Assembly (NCBI GenBank): GCA_965203365.1
Contig: OZ241878.1
Coordinates: 2,054,174 to 2,118,173 of the forward strand
Direction of reading: 5' to 3'
Source of the DNA: Candidatus Poriferihabitaceae bacterium
GTDB taxonomy: Bacteria; Pseudomonadota; Gammaproteobacteria; Arenicellales; Poriferihabitantaceae
DNA: 64,000 nucleotides
In this document: positions 28,611 through 38,184 of the stretch, piece by piece
Position numbering within the stretch: position 1 is the stretch's first letter
How the letters are laid out: each line of letters starts with the position of its first letter
The notes under the pieces: generated by a model
Database searches by the model: none
What the model saw: the letters and a program-made list of their open reading frames with translations, nothing else
Told to the model about the DNA's origin: nothing
Position numbers and translations under genes: made by a program

Positions 28611-30860
28611 TCAATGGGAGATAACCGGCGGCGGGCCACTGGATAGGCCGTCTGGCAGTCGCTCCACCGGTACAACATGACCATCAACAAACGTCGCCCA
28701 TTGCAGATGTCGGATGACATTGCCATCGGTGCGGACACTGGCACGAAACGCCTGGCCGTAGTACTGCTGAGACGTCTCTTGCCGCAAGGCCAGCAGACGC
28801 GGGATCAGGTGATAGGTTTCCAGACCCAGGGCATACAGTCGATCCAGTGACGTGAAGCTGAATGGAGATTTTTTCACCGGTCGGGGCTCTGGTTTGGATG
28901 TGGGAAGCACATGGGCGACCGGGACCTCTTCGTCTGTGGTCAGCCGGTCCCCCTGGTTCGGTTGCGTCCCATCGGATAGAAGGGACGCTGGTGCCGGATC
29001 GGGCACCGAAAGACGGGGTCCCGTTGCGGGGGAAGAGTCTTCCATGTGGGGGGGATCGGAGACCGTGACCGATCCGATGGGTGGGTCGTCAGGCGGCCGG
29101 ATGTCGGATTCAGCCGCCACAGCGTGGGTCGGGGCGGAGCGTTCTGCCTTCGGTTCGGATGCAAGCAGGGCGTACCGAATGTCCAGCATCCAGGGCATAT
29201 CGCCGAAAATCACGCCGTCCAGATCGGCATCCACCGCCGGGTCCGGCTGGCCGCTGAAGATATGCGAGGTGGAATAAATGGGGAGATCGTGGGCTTGGAA
29301 AAACCGCAGTTGTGGTACCAGCAGCCGGGCTTCGTGCGCACGACCCGCCAGAAAGAGCATATCTAGATCGTCTCGTCGTCGGGGGGTAAATTCCAGGTTG
29401 AGTCCCACCTGCGCACTGAGAATCTTGCGCCGGACCCCGCTTTTGTCAACTTCCAGGAGTTGTGGGATGAGGCGTACATAATCTTCCACAACCTCCGAAT
29501 AGGCCTGGTTCGCCACCACGGTGCCCCCCAAGGAGAGCCAGGTATCGGTAAAAGCGCTGGTGGCGCGCTTTCCCCGTGTCGAGCCATCATGCAAAATACC
29601 TGCCTGGCGGTGGCCATCTCGGAAGGCACGGAAAGCCACCTGCTCCGCTTCGCGCTCGGGCGACAGACTCAGGCCGTACAACCCTTCGGAGGATGATTCG
29701 ATGGGGACATCCGACAGAACTAGGGTGGGCGTGTCGAGAGGCGCCTGCTGCAACAGGACGGTGGTCGCTTCTTTGCCTAGCGGTCCGACCACGAATTCCG
29801 TGCCAGCAGCGACGGCCGACCGGTAGTAGAATGCCGATAGCGACGGGTCCTGGCCGATGTCGTGCAGCCGGACCGCTGGCCGGGATGCAGCGGTATCGCG
29901 GTGGTAGGCGTCCATGAATCCCGCCTGGAACGCCTGGGCCGCCTGACCATACGGGGAGGTCAATGGCAACAATAGGGAGATATGATGGAAGGTGTCCAGG
30001 CTGAGTGGCGGCAAGCCACCCAGCCATTCCTCCTTGGCGGGGTGTCCGGGGTAGCTGTTGAACCAGAATATGGCCGCTTGCGCTTGGTCATGTTCCGGGA
30101 GTTGACGCAAGGCGACCAACTGGAGCCAGCCGTCGACCAGATTGGCGGGCAGACCGAGGTGATGAGCATTTTGTTTGAGCAAGGCCTGTTCCAGCGAACT
30201 GGTCTGCCCTAGCAGGTCGATAAGGCGTCGCTGGCTGGCCAGTTGGGGGGCTCCCACCAGCAACCGGTCGCGAAGCAACAGATGGGTCAGGGCATCCACG
30301 CGTTGGTCAAGCCCTAGATGGGCGTCCGCCAAGCTTTTCAGGACCAATGCCCACTCCTTGGGTGACCACAGAGGGTCGTCGCGTAGGGGTTGCAGATACT
30401 TGATCGCGGTGGGATATTCTCCGAAGCCGAGGGCGATTCGGCCCCGCTGCAGGTTGAACCGGTTGAATTGGGTTCGGTTCAGGGGCACATCCAGCAGATA
30501 GTTTGTCTGGGTCTCCGCGGGAGTGAATTCCTGCATCGCGAGGAATCCGTCAATGGCATCCAGCCGAAGGTCAATCGCGACATCCAAGGTGGCTTGGTCA
30601 GCCCGTCGGGCCAGCTCCCACGGTCCCTCGCCTTCAATCTCCTGTTCGGTGATGCCCGATTCCGGCTCCAGTGCCCGAATCACCACCGGGTCCGGCTCAG
30701 GGACCACCGGCTCTTCGGGGATCACCTCCGCGGGGTCTGGCCCCGGACCCGGTGCCGGCGGCGTGGCGCAACTGGCCAGCAAAAGCAGGAGGATGATCAG
30801 GGCGGGCCGGTGCCACAGGCTCCGTCGGACGCACTCTGGTTTCCGGGCAGTGCAGTTCAT
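28611..30860 (-). CDS. lpoA: Penicillin-binding protein activator LpoA, with a long Pro-rich insertion
   Basis: Lipobox LLLASC, a TPR-like N-terminal domain and a periplasmic-binding-protein-like C-terminal domain. Divergent from rsmI, which is the conserved arrangement. Confidence 0.75.
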   Translation of the reverse strand: MNCTARKPECVRRSLWHRPALIILLLLLASCATPPAPGPGPDPAEVIPEEPVVPEPDPVVIRALEPESGITEQEIEGEGPWELARRADQATLDVAIDLRLDAIDGFLAMQEFTPAETQTNYLLDVPLNRTQFNRFNLQRGRIALGFGEYPTAIKYLQPLRDDPLWSPKEWALVLKSLADAHLGLDQRVDALTHLLLRDRLLVGAPQLASQRRLIDLLGQTSSLEQALLKQNAHHLGLPANLVDGWLQLVALRQLPEHDQAQAAIFWFNSYPGHPAKEEWLGGLPPLSLDTFHHISLLLPLTSPYGQAAQAFQAGFMDAYHRDTAASRPAVRLHDIGQDPSLSAFYYRSAVAAGTEFVVGPLGKEATTVLLQQAPLDTPTLVLSDVPIESSSEGLYGLSLSPEREAEQVAFRAFRDGHRQAGILHDGSTRGKRATSAFTDTWLSLGGTVVANQAYSEVVEDYVRLIPQLLEVDKSGVRRKILSAQVGLNLEFTPRRRDDLDMLFLAGRAHEARLLVPQLRFFQAHDLPIYSTSHIFSGQPDPAVDADLDGVIFGDMPWMLDIRYALLASEPKAERSAPTHAVAAESDIRPPDDPPIGSVTVSDPPHMEDSSPATGPRLSVPDPAPASLLSDGTQPNQGDRLTTDEEVPVAHVLPTSKPEPRPVKKSPFSFTSLDRLYALGLETYHLIPRLLALRQETSQQYYGQAFRASVRTDGNVIRHLQWATFVDGHVVPVERLPDGLSSGPPPVISH

Positions 30861-30922
30861 GGCAGTGAAATTCGGATTCCATTGAATGGTAGAGTATTGA
30901 TGACAGTATACGAAACCTTCTC

Positions 30923-31825
30923 ATGAACCGCAAAACCGGACGGCTTGATATTGTGGCCACACCCATCGGCAATCTGGGCGACTTGTCTCCACGGGCAAGA
31001 GCCACCTTGCAACAGGTGGATCTGGTCTTGGCGGAAGATACCCGTCAGACCCGCGCCCTGATGCGACACTTCGACTTGAAGACCCCACTGAAGTCTTTTC
31101 ATGAGCACAACGAAAAAAAGCAGGTGACGGAGATCATGAGGAGGTTGTCCAACGGCGCCCACATAGCCCTCGTCAGTGATGCCGGGACCCCCTTGATTTC
31201 CGACCCGGGCTATTGTCTGGTCCGTGAAGCCCGCCGACAGGGATTCCGGGTCAGTCCGATCCCCGGGCCCTGTGCAATGATAGCGGCCTTGTCCGTATCC
31301 GGGCTGCCGATTGACCGGTTTGTGTTTGAGGGTTTCGTGCCTGCCAAGGAAGGCGCCCGACGGACCCTGCTCAGGCGGGTCGTCGAGGAACAGCGCACCG
31401 TCGTGCTGTACGAATCCTGTCATCGGATCCTGCAGACACTAGCGGAACTGTCCCACAGCCTGGATCCGGAACGGACCGTGGTGGTGGGACGCGAAATCAG
31501 CAAGAAGTTCGAGACGTTCTATCATGGGGGCGCCGGAGAAGTGCTGGGACAACTGCAGGGGGGGGCGGAACATCAGAACGGAGAGTTTGTGGTCATGGTG
31601 TCCGGAGCCCCCGCCAGCGATCCGGCGACTGCTAACCTACAGGACCTGCTTGCCCTCTTGCTGGACGAGTTGCCCGTGAAGACGGCCAGTCGGATCGTGT
31701 CCACTTGGTCCGGCATGGGCCGAAACCAGATCTATGCGTTGGCACTGGCACTGGAAAAAGAAACACGCACCGACCCCACCGGGCCAAATGAGACCCTAGA
31801 GGATGATCTTCGTCATGGACCATGA
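30923..31825 (+). CDS. rsmI: 16S rRNA (cytidine1402-2'-O)-methyltransferase
   Basis: GRLDIVATPIGNLGDLSPRARATLQQVDLVLAEDTR, SDAGTPLISDPG and VLYESCHRI are canonical RsmI motifs. Confidence 0.9.
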   Translation: MNRKTGRLDIVATPIGNLGDLSPRARATLQQVDLVLAEDTRQTRALMRHFDLKTPLKSFHEHNEKKQVTEIMRRLSNGAHIALVSDAGTPLISDPGYCLVREARRQGFRVSPIPGPCAMIAALSVSGLPIDRFVFEGFVPAKEGARRTLLRRVVEEQRTVVLYESCHRILQTLAELSHSLDPERTVVVGREISKKFETFYHGGAGEVLGQLQGGAEHQNGEFVVMVSGAPASDPATANLQDLLALLLDELPVKTASRIVSTWSGMGRNQIYALALALEKETRTDPTGPNETLEDDLRHGP

Positions 31826-31882
31826 ATCAGCCGGAAGGGGCCCCGTGCGGCTCAACGATTGCTTCCCCGAGAGAATTTTGAT

Positions 31883-34075
31883 ATGGCCAGATTTTCGACT
31901 CGACCCTTGAAGTCTCTGCAGGCGTGCGGTGCGGACAGCGTCACGTATCCGCTGGTCGCGGCCGCACTGGTGGCCTTGGATTGCGAAACGACCGGGCTGA
32001 ATATCACCCAGGATCGGCTGATTCAGGTGGGGGGAGTCAGGATTCGAGGGGGCCAAGTGGATCCAGGAGACCATTTCGAGCACTGGGTGAACCCAGACGT
32101 GGATATCCCAGCCAAGTCGTTTGCGGTGCACGGGATTGGCCGGAAAGACTTGCTGGGAAAACCGGCCTTTCCGGACATTGCCGACGCATTGCACCGCTGG
32201 GTCGGAGAATCGGTGGTGGTGGGATTCTCGGTGGGGTTTGATATCGCGATCCTGCGCCGGGAGCATGAATTGTGCGGGATGACCTGGGATCCGCCCGCCA
32301 GTCTGGACATCGCCTTGCTGGCCCGGCGAGTGCTGCCGGCCTTGCCGGACTATTCCTTGGATATGGTCGCATCCAGTCTCGGAGTCAGCATTGTGGATCG
32401 CCACAGTGCGATGGGAGATGCCACGGCGGCAGCGGACATATTTGTGGCGCTGCTGCCCGCCTTGAGAAAGGGGGGTATTCGGACGGTCGGAGAGGCATTG
32501 CGTGTGTGCCAGGAATCCCGAGATGCGACCCCGAGTAGTGAATTGCCACCATGGGAACGGCTGGGTGAGCCTGACAACGCGGACGATTTTCTGGAAGAAC
32601 GATTGTCCCCGGTACTGGATGCCGGTCGATACTGCCTGCGGGTCGCGGAACGGATGAAGCAGGATCCGGAAGTGATGCAGGAGAACCAAACGGTGGAAAA
32701 AGCCCTGTCACGCATGATGGAGCGGGGGATCAGCTCCGTGTTTCTGGGCCGCGAAGCCGGCGGTCCGGTTCGTCCCGAAGCATCCGGAGTCGTAACCGAA
32801 CGAGACATCCTGCGGGCCATCGACCGATGGCAGGCGGAGGCATTGTCCCTGCCATTGGCGCAATTGGCCACCCGACCGCTCGAAAGCATCCATGCCGATG
32901 AGTTTGTCTACCGGGCCACCGGACGAATGTCCCGACAGGGTATCCGTCATTTGGCTGTGCATGACGATGCTGGCGTGGTCATCGGAGCGATCTCGGCCCG
33001 TGATCTGCTCAAGGGGCTGGACAATGATGCGCTCATCCATCTGGACGACAGTCTGGATCTGGCGGAAACCCCGGAAGAGTTGGGTCAAGTCTGGTCGGCA
33101 CTCGTGCCGGTTTCCCGGAGCCTGCTGGAACACGGGATCGACGCCCGGGATATTGCCAGCGTGGTCTCCCATGAACTGTGTGCCCTGACCCGTCGGGCCT
33201 GTGAATTGGCAGAAGCCGATATGGCAGCGGACGATTGGGGGCCCGCCCCGAGAACCTATGCGATGTTGGTGCTCGGCTCCGGTGGGCGTGGCGAATCCCT
33301 GCTGGCCATGGATCAGGACAATGCGATTGTGTATTCGGATGAGGAAGATGGACCGAGTGATCCAGATGGCTGGTTTGTCGAATTTGGCACCCGGGTGGCC
33401 GGGATTCTGGACATGGTGGGAGTGCCCTATTGTCAGGGAGGCGTGATGGCCATGAACCGGACATGGCGGCGGTCGCTGGCCGAATGGACGCGGGAAATCA
33501 GCACTTGGGTTCGCCGGCTTCGTCCAGAAGACATTCTCAATGTCGACATTTTCTTTGATGCCCGGGTCGTGCACGGCGACACAGCCCTTGGCTCGGAGCT
33601 GATGCATCGGGCCTTTTCCGTCGGCGGCCGTTCGCGCGAATTTCTTTCCCTGCTGCGTCTGAATGCCTGTCGATATGACCGTGCGACGGGATTTCTGGGC
33701 CGGTGGCGGCTGGAGGCGGGTCGTCTGGATGCCAAGAAATGCGGCCTGATGCCGGTCTTTTCATCGGCCCGGGTGATGGCCATTCAGCACGGTATCCGAG
33801 CCCGTTCCACCCAAGCCCGGCTGGAAGCCGCCATGCAGACGCTGGCCGAAAACGATGACCTGCGGGCCGTCCACCAGAACTTGCTGGAAATCCATCGCAT
33901 TGTACTGTCCGCCATTCTTGGCCAGCAGCTGAGGGACATGTCCCGTGGGGTGCCGCCGTCCAACCGGGTGGCCCCGTCGGAAATGCCCATGCCCGCCCGA
34001 CAGCGACTGAAGTGGGCGTTTGATCAAGTGGATTATGTGTCCAACCTGCTGGGGGTTCCCCAAGTGCAGGAATAG
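31883..34075 (+). CDS. Fusion protein: DnaQ-like 3'-5' exonuclease + CBS pair + DUF294 nucleotidyltransferase
   Basis: Exonuclease motifs ALDCETTGL, GFDIAIL and HSAMGDATAAADIF. The CBS region is around GIRHLAVHDDAGVVIGAISARDLL. The nucleotidyltransferase motif is LVLGSGGRGESLLAMDQDNAIVY, followed by a DUF294_C-like tail. Confidence 0.75.
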   Translation: MARFSTRPLKSLQACGADSVTYPLVAAALVALDCETTGLNITQDRLIQVGGVRIRGGQVDPGDHFEHWVNPDVDIPAKSFAVHGIGRKDLLGKPAFPDIADALHRWVGESVVVGFSVGFDIAILRREHELCGMTWDPPASLDIALLARRVLPALPDYSLDMVASSLGVSIVDRHSAMGDATAAADIFVALLPALRKGGIRTVGEALRVCQESRDATPSSELPPWERLGEPDNADDFLEERLSPVLDAGRYCLRVAERMKQDPEVMQENQTVEKALSRMMERGISSVFLGREAGGPVRPEASGVVTERDILRAIDRWQAEALSLPLAQLATRPLESIHADEFVYRATGRMSRQGIRHLAVHDDAGVVIGAISARDLLKGLDNDALIHLDDSLDLAETPEELGQVWSALVPVSRSLLEHGIDARDIASVVSHELCALTRRACELAEADMAADDWGPAPRTYAMLVLGSGGRGESLLAMDQDNAIVYSDEEDGPSDPDGWFVEFGTRVAGILDMVGVPYCQGGVMAMNRTWRRSLAEWTREISTWVRRLRPEDILNVDIFFDARVVHGDTALGSELMHRAFSVGGRSREFLSLLRLNACRYDRATGFLGRWRLEAGRLDAKKCGLMPVFSSARVMAIQHGIRARSTQARLEAAMQTLAENDDLRAVHQNLLEIHRIVLSAILGQQLRDMSRGVPPSNRVAPSEMPMPARQRLKWAFDQVDYVSNLLGVPQVQE

Positions 34076-34141
34076 CCTGTTCGTTAGGGCGCAGGGGGTC
34101 GCCCGCTCATGACCGGACCGTCGGGGGTGGTCACCTCCGGT

Positions 34142-34498
34142 TCAATCGACCAACCATTGGATCACCTCCGCCACACCCCGGGCAAATTCACTTTCCAGGG
34201 GAAAAGACAGCATGCCCATGATCGAATAGCCGAGTAGCCAAGGCATGAGATAGAACCGGATCATGTAGAAGAACCAGGCCACGTAAAGTGGCACCATGGG
34301 CCTGATCAGAAAGCCGGGGGTGATTGGTCCGAACAGCCGAATCAGCGGGTCGGTGACGCGCACAAAAAAGCGCATGAAAAAGAAAGTGCTGTTGTCCGGC
34401 AGGAAGATGCCCATGCCAAAGCGCCCGATCAGTGTCCACATCACCATGCCAAGGAGATAGTCCAAGGCCAGGAGCCAGATTGGGAAGTTCGCATACAT
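34142..34498 (-). CDS. YggT-like small integral membrane protein
   Basis: 118 aa with about four hydrophobic segments. VRVTDPLIRLFGPITPG resembles the YggT motif. Family assignment is tentative. Confidence 0.4.
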   Translation of the reverse strand: MYANFPIWLLALDYLLGMVMWTLIGRFGMGIFLPDNSTFFFMRFFVRVTDPLIRLFGPITPGFLIRPMVPLYVAWFFYMIRFYLMPWLLGYSIMGMLSFPLESEFARGVAEVIQWLVD

Positions 34499-34535
34499 CG
34501 CCCTACCGTTCCGTACCGTTTCGTCGGGCGGGCAA

Positions 34536-34565
34536 GAAAAAGCCGGGGCGAGTCGCCCCGGCTTT
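34536..34565 (-). terminator. Rho-independent terminator after the symporter gene
   Basis: The reverse strand reads aagccggggcg-act-cgccccggctt followed by TTTCTT, 20 nt after the stop at 34585. Confidence 0.75.
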
Positions 34566-34584
34566 CACGGTACTATCCGTCCGG

Positions 34585-36399
34585 TTAGTTGGAACCCAAG
34601 ATGGTTTTCCCGGCCGGGACTCGGGTTTCATCGACCATCCGCTGGATTTCCTCATCGGGTTCTGCGGTCATCAGTGACACCACGACCATAGCGATCAGGC
34701 TCACCGGCATGCCGATCATACCGAATCGCAGGTGATCGATGCCCAGCCATGGATCCATGCCGGCGAAGCGCACCAGATAGAGGTAAACCGAACCCGCCAG
34801 GAAGCCGAAAAACATGCCGGCAATGGCGCCGGGACGATTGGCCCGTTTCCACCAGATTCCAAGCACGATCGGGAAAAACAGACCGGAACAGGCAAAGTCG
34901 AACGCCCATGCCACGGCTCCCAGAATGCTGGTGAGCTTGAGACTGGCGACGAAGGCACCCGCGGCCCCGATCAGGATGAGAAGAATCCGGGCCACCATGA
35001 GTCGGGTCTTGGTCTCTGCCTTGGGGTCGATGATCTTGTAGTACAGGTCATGCGACAGTGCATTGGCGATCGCCAGCAGCAGGCCGTCCGCAGTGGACAT
35101 GGCTGCCGCCATGCCACCCGCCGCGACCAACCCCGAAATAACATAGGGCAGTCCGGCAATCTCGGGCGTCGCCAGCACGACAATATCTCCCCGCATGAAG
35201 AACTCATTGAGTTCCAGGATGCCGTTGCCATTGCTGTCAATGATCTGCAGGAAGCCCACATTGGACCACTTCTGTATCCATTCCAGGGCGTTGACATCCG
35301 AGATCGCCTTGCCAATGATGCCCGTGGGCAGACTCGGATCCAGCACCTGAAGCTTGGTGAAGGTGGCCAGCGCCGGGGCGGTGAAGTACAGCAGAAAGAT
35401 AAAGAACAAGGACCAGACGACGGAGTTTCGGGCCGCTCGAACGGTGGGGGTGGTGAAGTAACGCATCAGGATGTGCGGCAGGGAAGCGGTGCCTGCCATC
35501 ATGCACAGCACCAAGGTAACAAATTTCCAAGCCGCCAAGCCCGTCCCGGCGGCCACATGCGGGACCGTCAACGCCCGCAAGCCCCCGGCCGCCCCTTCCA
35601 CGGCGGGCAAGGTGCCGAGACCATAGACCGTTTCGAGCTCCGTGATCCGCATGACCGCATCGCCATAAACCAATTGCGGTACCAGACCGAAGCCCTGCTT
35701 GCTGGACATCCAGAACACCGGCACCAGATAGGCGATGATCAATACGATGTATTGGGCGACCTGAGTCCAAGTGACGGCGCGCATGCCGCCCAGCATGGAA
35801 CACAGCAGGATGCCCAACAGACCGAACCAGACCCCCACCTCGAACGGGATCTGCAAGGCGCGGGACGCAATGGTGCCGGTGGCGTTGATCTGTGCTGTCA
35901 CATAGGTGAACGAGGTGATCACCAAGACCACAACGGCCAAAAAGCGAGCCAAATTGCCACCGTATCGGGTGCCGATGAAGTCAGGTACGGTATAACAGCC
36001 GAACTTGCGCAGATACGGGGCCATCAGGGCCGCCACCAGCACATACCCTCCGGTCCATCCCACCACGAAGGCGAGATAGCCATGGCCGCCAAAGTAGATG
36101 CCGCCGGCCATGGCCACAAAGGAGGCGCCGGACATCCAGTCGGCCGCAGTGGCCATACCGTTGAACACCGATGGCACTTGTCGGCCGGCCACATAATAGG
36201 CGTCGACCTGCATGGTGCGCGACAGCCATCCGATCGCGGCATAGATCAGGATCGTGAAAGCCACGAACAGAATGCCGATCGTATCGGCGGTGACCCCCAT
36301 CTGCTCCAGCAATGCCATGAGCAGGATGAAGATCAGAAAACCGCCGGTGTAGAGTCCGTAGACCTTCGGCAGATTGTCAATAAAGTTGCCCTTGATCAT
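34585..36399 (-). CDS. Sodium:solute symporter (SSS) family, ActP-like large subunit
   Basis: 604 aa. GRQVPSVFNGMATAADWMSGASFVAMAGGIYFGG matches the acetate/cation symporter-type signature. Paired with the DUF4212 gene upstream. Confidence 0.8.
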   Translation of the reverse strand: MIKGNFIDNLPKVYGLYTGGFLIFILLMALLEQMGVTADTIGILFVAFTILIYAAIGWLSRTMQVDAYYVAGRQVPSVFNGMATAADWMSGASFVAMAGGIYFGGHGYLAFVVGWTGGYVLVAALMAPYLRKFGCYTVPDFIGTRYGGNLARFLAVVVLVITSFTYVTAQINATGTIASRALQIPFEVGVWFGLLGILLCSMLGGMRAVTWTQVAQYIVLIIAYLVPVFWMSSKQGFGLVPQLVYGDAVMRITELETVYGLGTLPAVEGAAGGLRALTVPHVAAGTGLAAWKFVTLVLCMMAGTASLPHILMRYFTTPTVRAARNSVVWSLFFIFLLYFTAPALATFTKLQVLDPSLPTGIIGKAISDVNALEWIQKWSNVGFLQIIDSNGNGILELNEFFMRGDIVVLATPEIAGLPYVISGLVAAGGMAAAMSTADGLLLAIANALSHDLYYKIIDPKAETKTRLMVARILLILIGAAGAFVASLKLTSILGAVAWAFDFACSGLFFPIVLGIWWKRANRPGAIAGMFFGFLAGSVYLYLVRFAGMDPWLGIDHLRFGMIGMPVSLIAMVVVSLMTAEPDEEIQRMVDETRVPAGKTILGSN

Positions 36400-36405
36400 G
36401 ATTTA

Positions 36406-36663
36406 TTATTCCTCGGCAAAACCGGTATCAGTGTCGATCTTGTGCTGTGACCAGGCGAACCAGACAATCAACAACACAAATATCACTTGAGACCCTTGCG
36501 CAGCCATGTAGAATCCCAACGGGAAATGCATGAATGTGAACGCATTGAGCGCATCCGCAAACCAATGCACCACAAAGGCGAAAATAAACCAAATGGTGAG
36601 CGTGATGATCATCAGACGCTTCGTCCGCGCCCAGTGTTCTGCCCGCCTCGAATCGTATGCCAT
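36406..36663 (-). CDS. DUF4212 small membrane subunit associated with SSS symporters
   Basis: 85 aa with two TM segments. HFPLGFYMAAQGSQVIFVLLIVWF is typical of the family. It ends 6 nt upstream of the symporter start. Confidence 0.75.
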   Translation of the reverse strand: MAYDSRRAEHWARTKRLMIITLTIWFIFAFVVHWFADALNAFTFMHFPLGFYMAAQGSQVIFVLLIVWFAWSQHKIDTDTGFAEE

Positions 36664-37008
36664 GAGTATCCTCTTTTGTCTGGTTGGCCGATCAAAGATG
36701 GCTGATTAGTGGATGGAAAACCAGTATATATCGTCAGGGCAAAATACCCATTGTGCCAATAGTATCCGAAACCTTCATGAAATTGCACTACCCAATCGTG
36801 ATTAATTTCATGTTGCGCTTGTGGTCGGCCGTGGGGATGAGTGCGCTGGTGCTCCCCCCGGTTCCGTCAGGATGAGCCCCCTTTCACCAGCCCGAATCGG
36901 CTCCCGAGAACAGGGGGGGTCAACCTGCCAGCAGACAACCGGTATCCGCGCTGCGCGATGGCAGGATTTGCCTGCATTCCAGCCGCTCCCGGTCCGTGGC
37001 GGGCCATC

Positions 37009-37674
37009 ATGACGCTGGCGCCAAAAATTCTCACGGGGGTGTCCTGGGAAAAACTGAGGCAGTATCTGGGGCTGGCTCGTCGTGGATTGCGCCATGCAGT
37101 GACGAATGCCGACCAACTGGAACACTTCATCACCAGCCGGGCCAGCCACGTCTCCCAGACATCGCTGTATGGTTACCTCAAAGCGCGGGCCGGCACCCGC
37201 TTTCCGGAACTCTTTGACAGTCCCGTGATGCTTGAGTCCATCAATATCGCCAAGTGGCAGACCTGGTTGGCTTGTGTGTCGGACCTGAGTGTGTATTGTG
37301 GGGGGCTGCTGTATCGATCCGGTGCCCTGGATGATGGCCAGACCGCTGGATTGATGGGTAGCTTGGCAGACCACATACTCGGCGAGACCGGGATTCCACC
37401 GGAAGCCGGGATGGAATTTGGGGAATCCCGACAGCGGTTCCGGGAGCGGATGGATGACGTTCTTTGGGCCAATCTTGTGGATGATGAGACGGTGTTTACG
37501 GCCAGTCCGGCCGCGTTGGTGAAATGGGCTCCCGTCGTCGATGAGTTCAGGCGACGGGACCGTGAAATTGTGGAAAACTCGGTGAAATTCCGCTGGATTG
37601 AGGTTCGGCGCAGTGCGCGCCAGTTGATTGATCCGATGCAGGTCGCCGCCAGCGTGGAGGAAAGGGGTGCGTGA
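37009..37674 (+). CDS. Conserved hypothetical protein (221 aa)
   Basis: Track ORF trimmed to the ATG at 37009 (MTLAPKIL). The composition is protein-like, but I recognise no motif. Confidence 0.45.
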   Translation: MTLAPKILTGVSWEKLRQYLGLARRGLRHAVTNADQLEHFITSRASHVSQTSLYGYLKARAGTRFPELFDSPVMLESINIAKWQTWLACVSDLSVYCGGLLYRSGALDDGQTAGLMGSLADHILGETGIPPEAGMEFGESRQRFRERMDDVLWANLVDDETVFTASPAALVKWAPVVDEFRRRDREIVENSVKFRWIEVRRSARQLIDPMQVAASVEERGA

Positions 37675-37698
37675 GTTCGACCAGGAGAGCCCCTTGGC

Positions 37699-37707
37699 TG
37701 TTATAAT
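37699..37707 (+). promoter_or_regulatory. Extended -10 promoter of rnpB
   Basis: TGtTATAAT lies 8-9 nt upstream of the predicted RNase P RNA 5' end. Confidence 0.5.
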
Positions 37708-37715
37708 GAGCCCGC

Positions 37716-38065
37716 GGGAGTTGGCCAGACAGTCGCTCCGGTCCAGTGGGCCGGGGAGGAAAGTCCGGGCTCCACAGGGCAAGGTGCCAGATAATTCCTG
37801 GGCGGCGCGAGCCGACGGAAAGTGCCACAGAAAATATACCGCCACGACCGTTGGGTCGCGGTAAGGGTGAAATGGTGCGGTAAGAGCGCACCGCGTTGCT
37901 GGTAACAGCAATGGCAGGGCAAACCCCACCTGGAGCAAGACCAAATAGAGACCCCCAGACGTCGCCCGCGTCGGGTCCGGGTAGGTCGCAGGAGACATGC
38001 GGCGACGGATGTCCTAGATGAATGACTGTCCTCGACAGAACCCGGCTTATCGGCTGACTCCCCCC
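37716..38065 (+). ncRNA. rnpB: RNase P RNA, bacterial type A
   Basis: GGGAGUUGGCCAGACAGUCGC..GAGGAAAGUCCGGGCUCCACAGGGCAAGGUGCCAG..ACAGAAAAUAUACCGCC..GGUAAGGGUGAAAUGGUGCGGUAAGAGCGCACCG..CUAGAUGAAUGACUGUCC.CGACAGAACCCGGCUUAUCGGCUGACUCCC tracks E. coli M1 RNA block by block. The P1 stem closes between 37716-37726 and 38052-38062. Confidence 0.95.
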
Positions 38066-38184
38066 AGATGAGACGGCCCATGACATCGTGCGGCCGACTC
38101 CGTCGCAAATCGCGGCCCCGCCGTGAATCGACCGGATGGCAACCCCTCTTCCACCCCGCCAACCGGCGCTCTGTCAGGGCCTTT

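Noticed and set aside
31796-33607. Two roughly 300-aa minus-strand ORFs (31796..32689 and 32708..33607)
   Set aside because: They are antisense to the exonuclease-CBS-DUF294 gene, have no motifs, and are His/Arg/Pro/Gly-biased.
34732-36450. 572-aa plus-strand ORF
   Set aside because: It is antisense to the SSS symporter and DUF4212 genes. Its composition is biased toward Gly/Arg/His/Gln with no membrane or enzyme motifs.
36808-37998. 396-aa minus-strand ORF
   Set aside because: It runs antisense through the 221-aa hypothetical gene and most of the RNase P RNA gene. The rnpB identification is far stronger.
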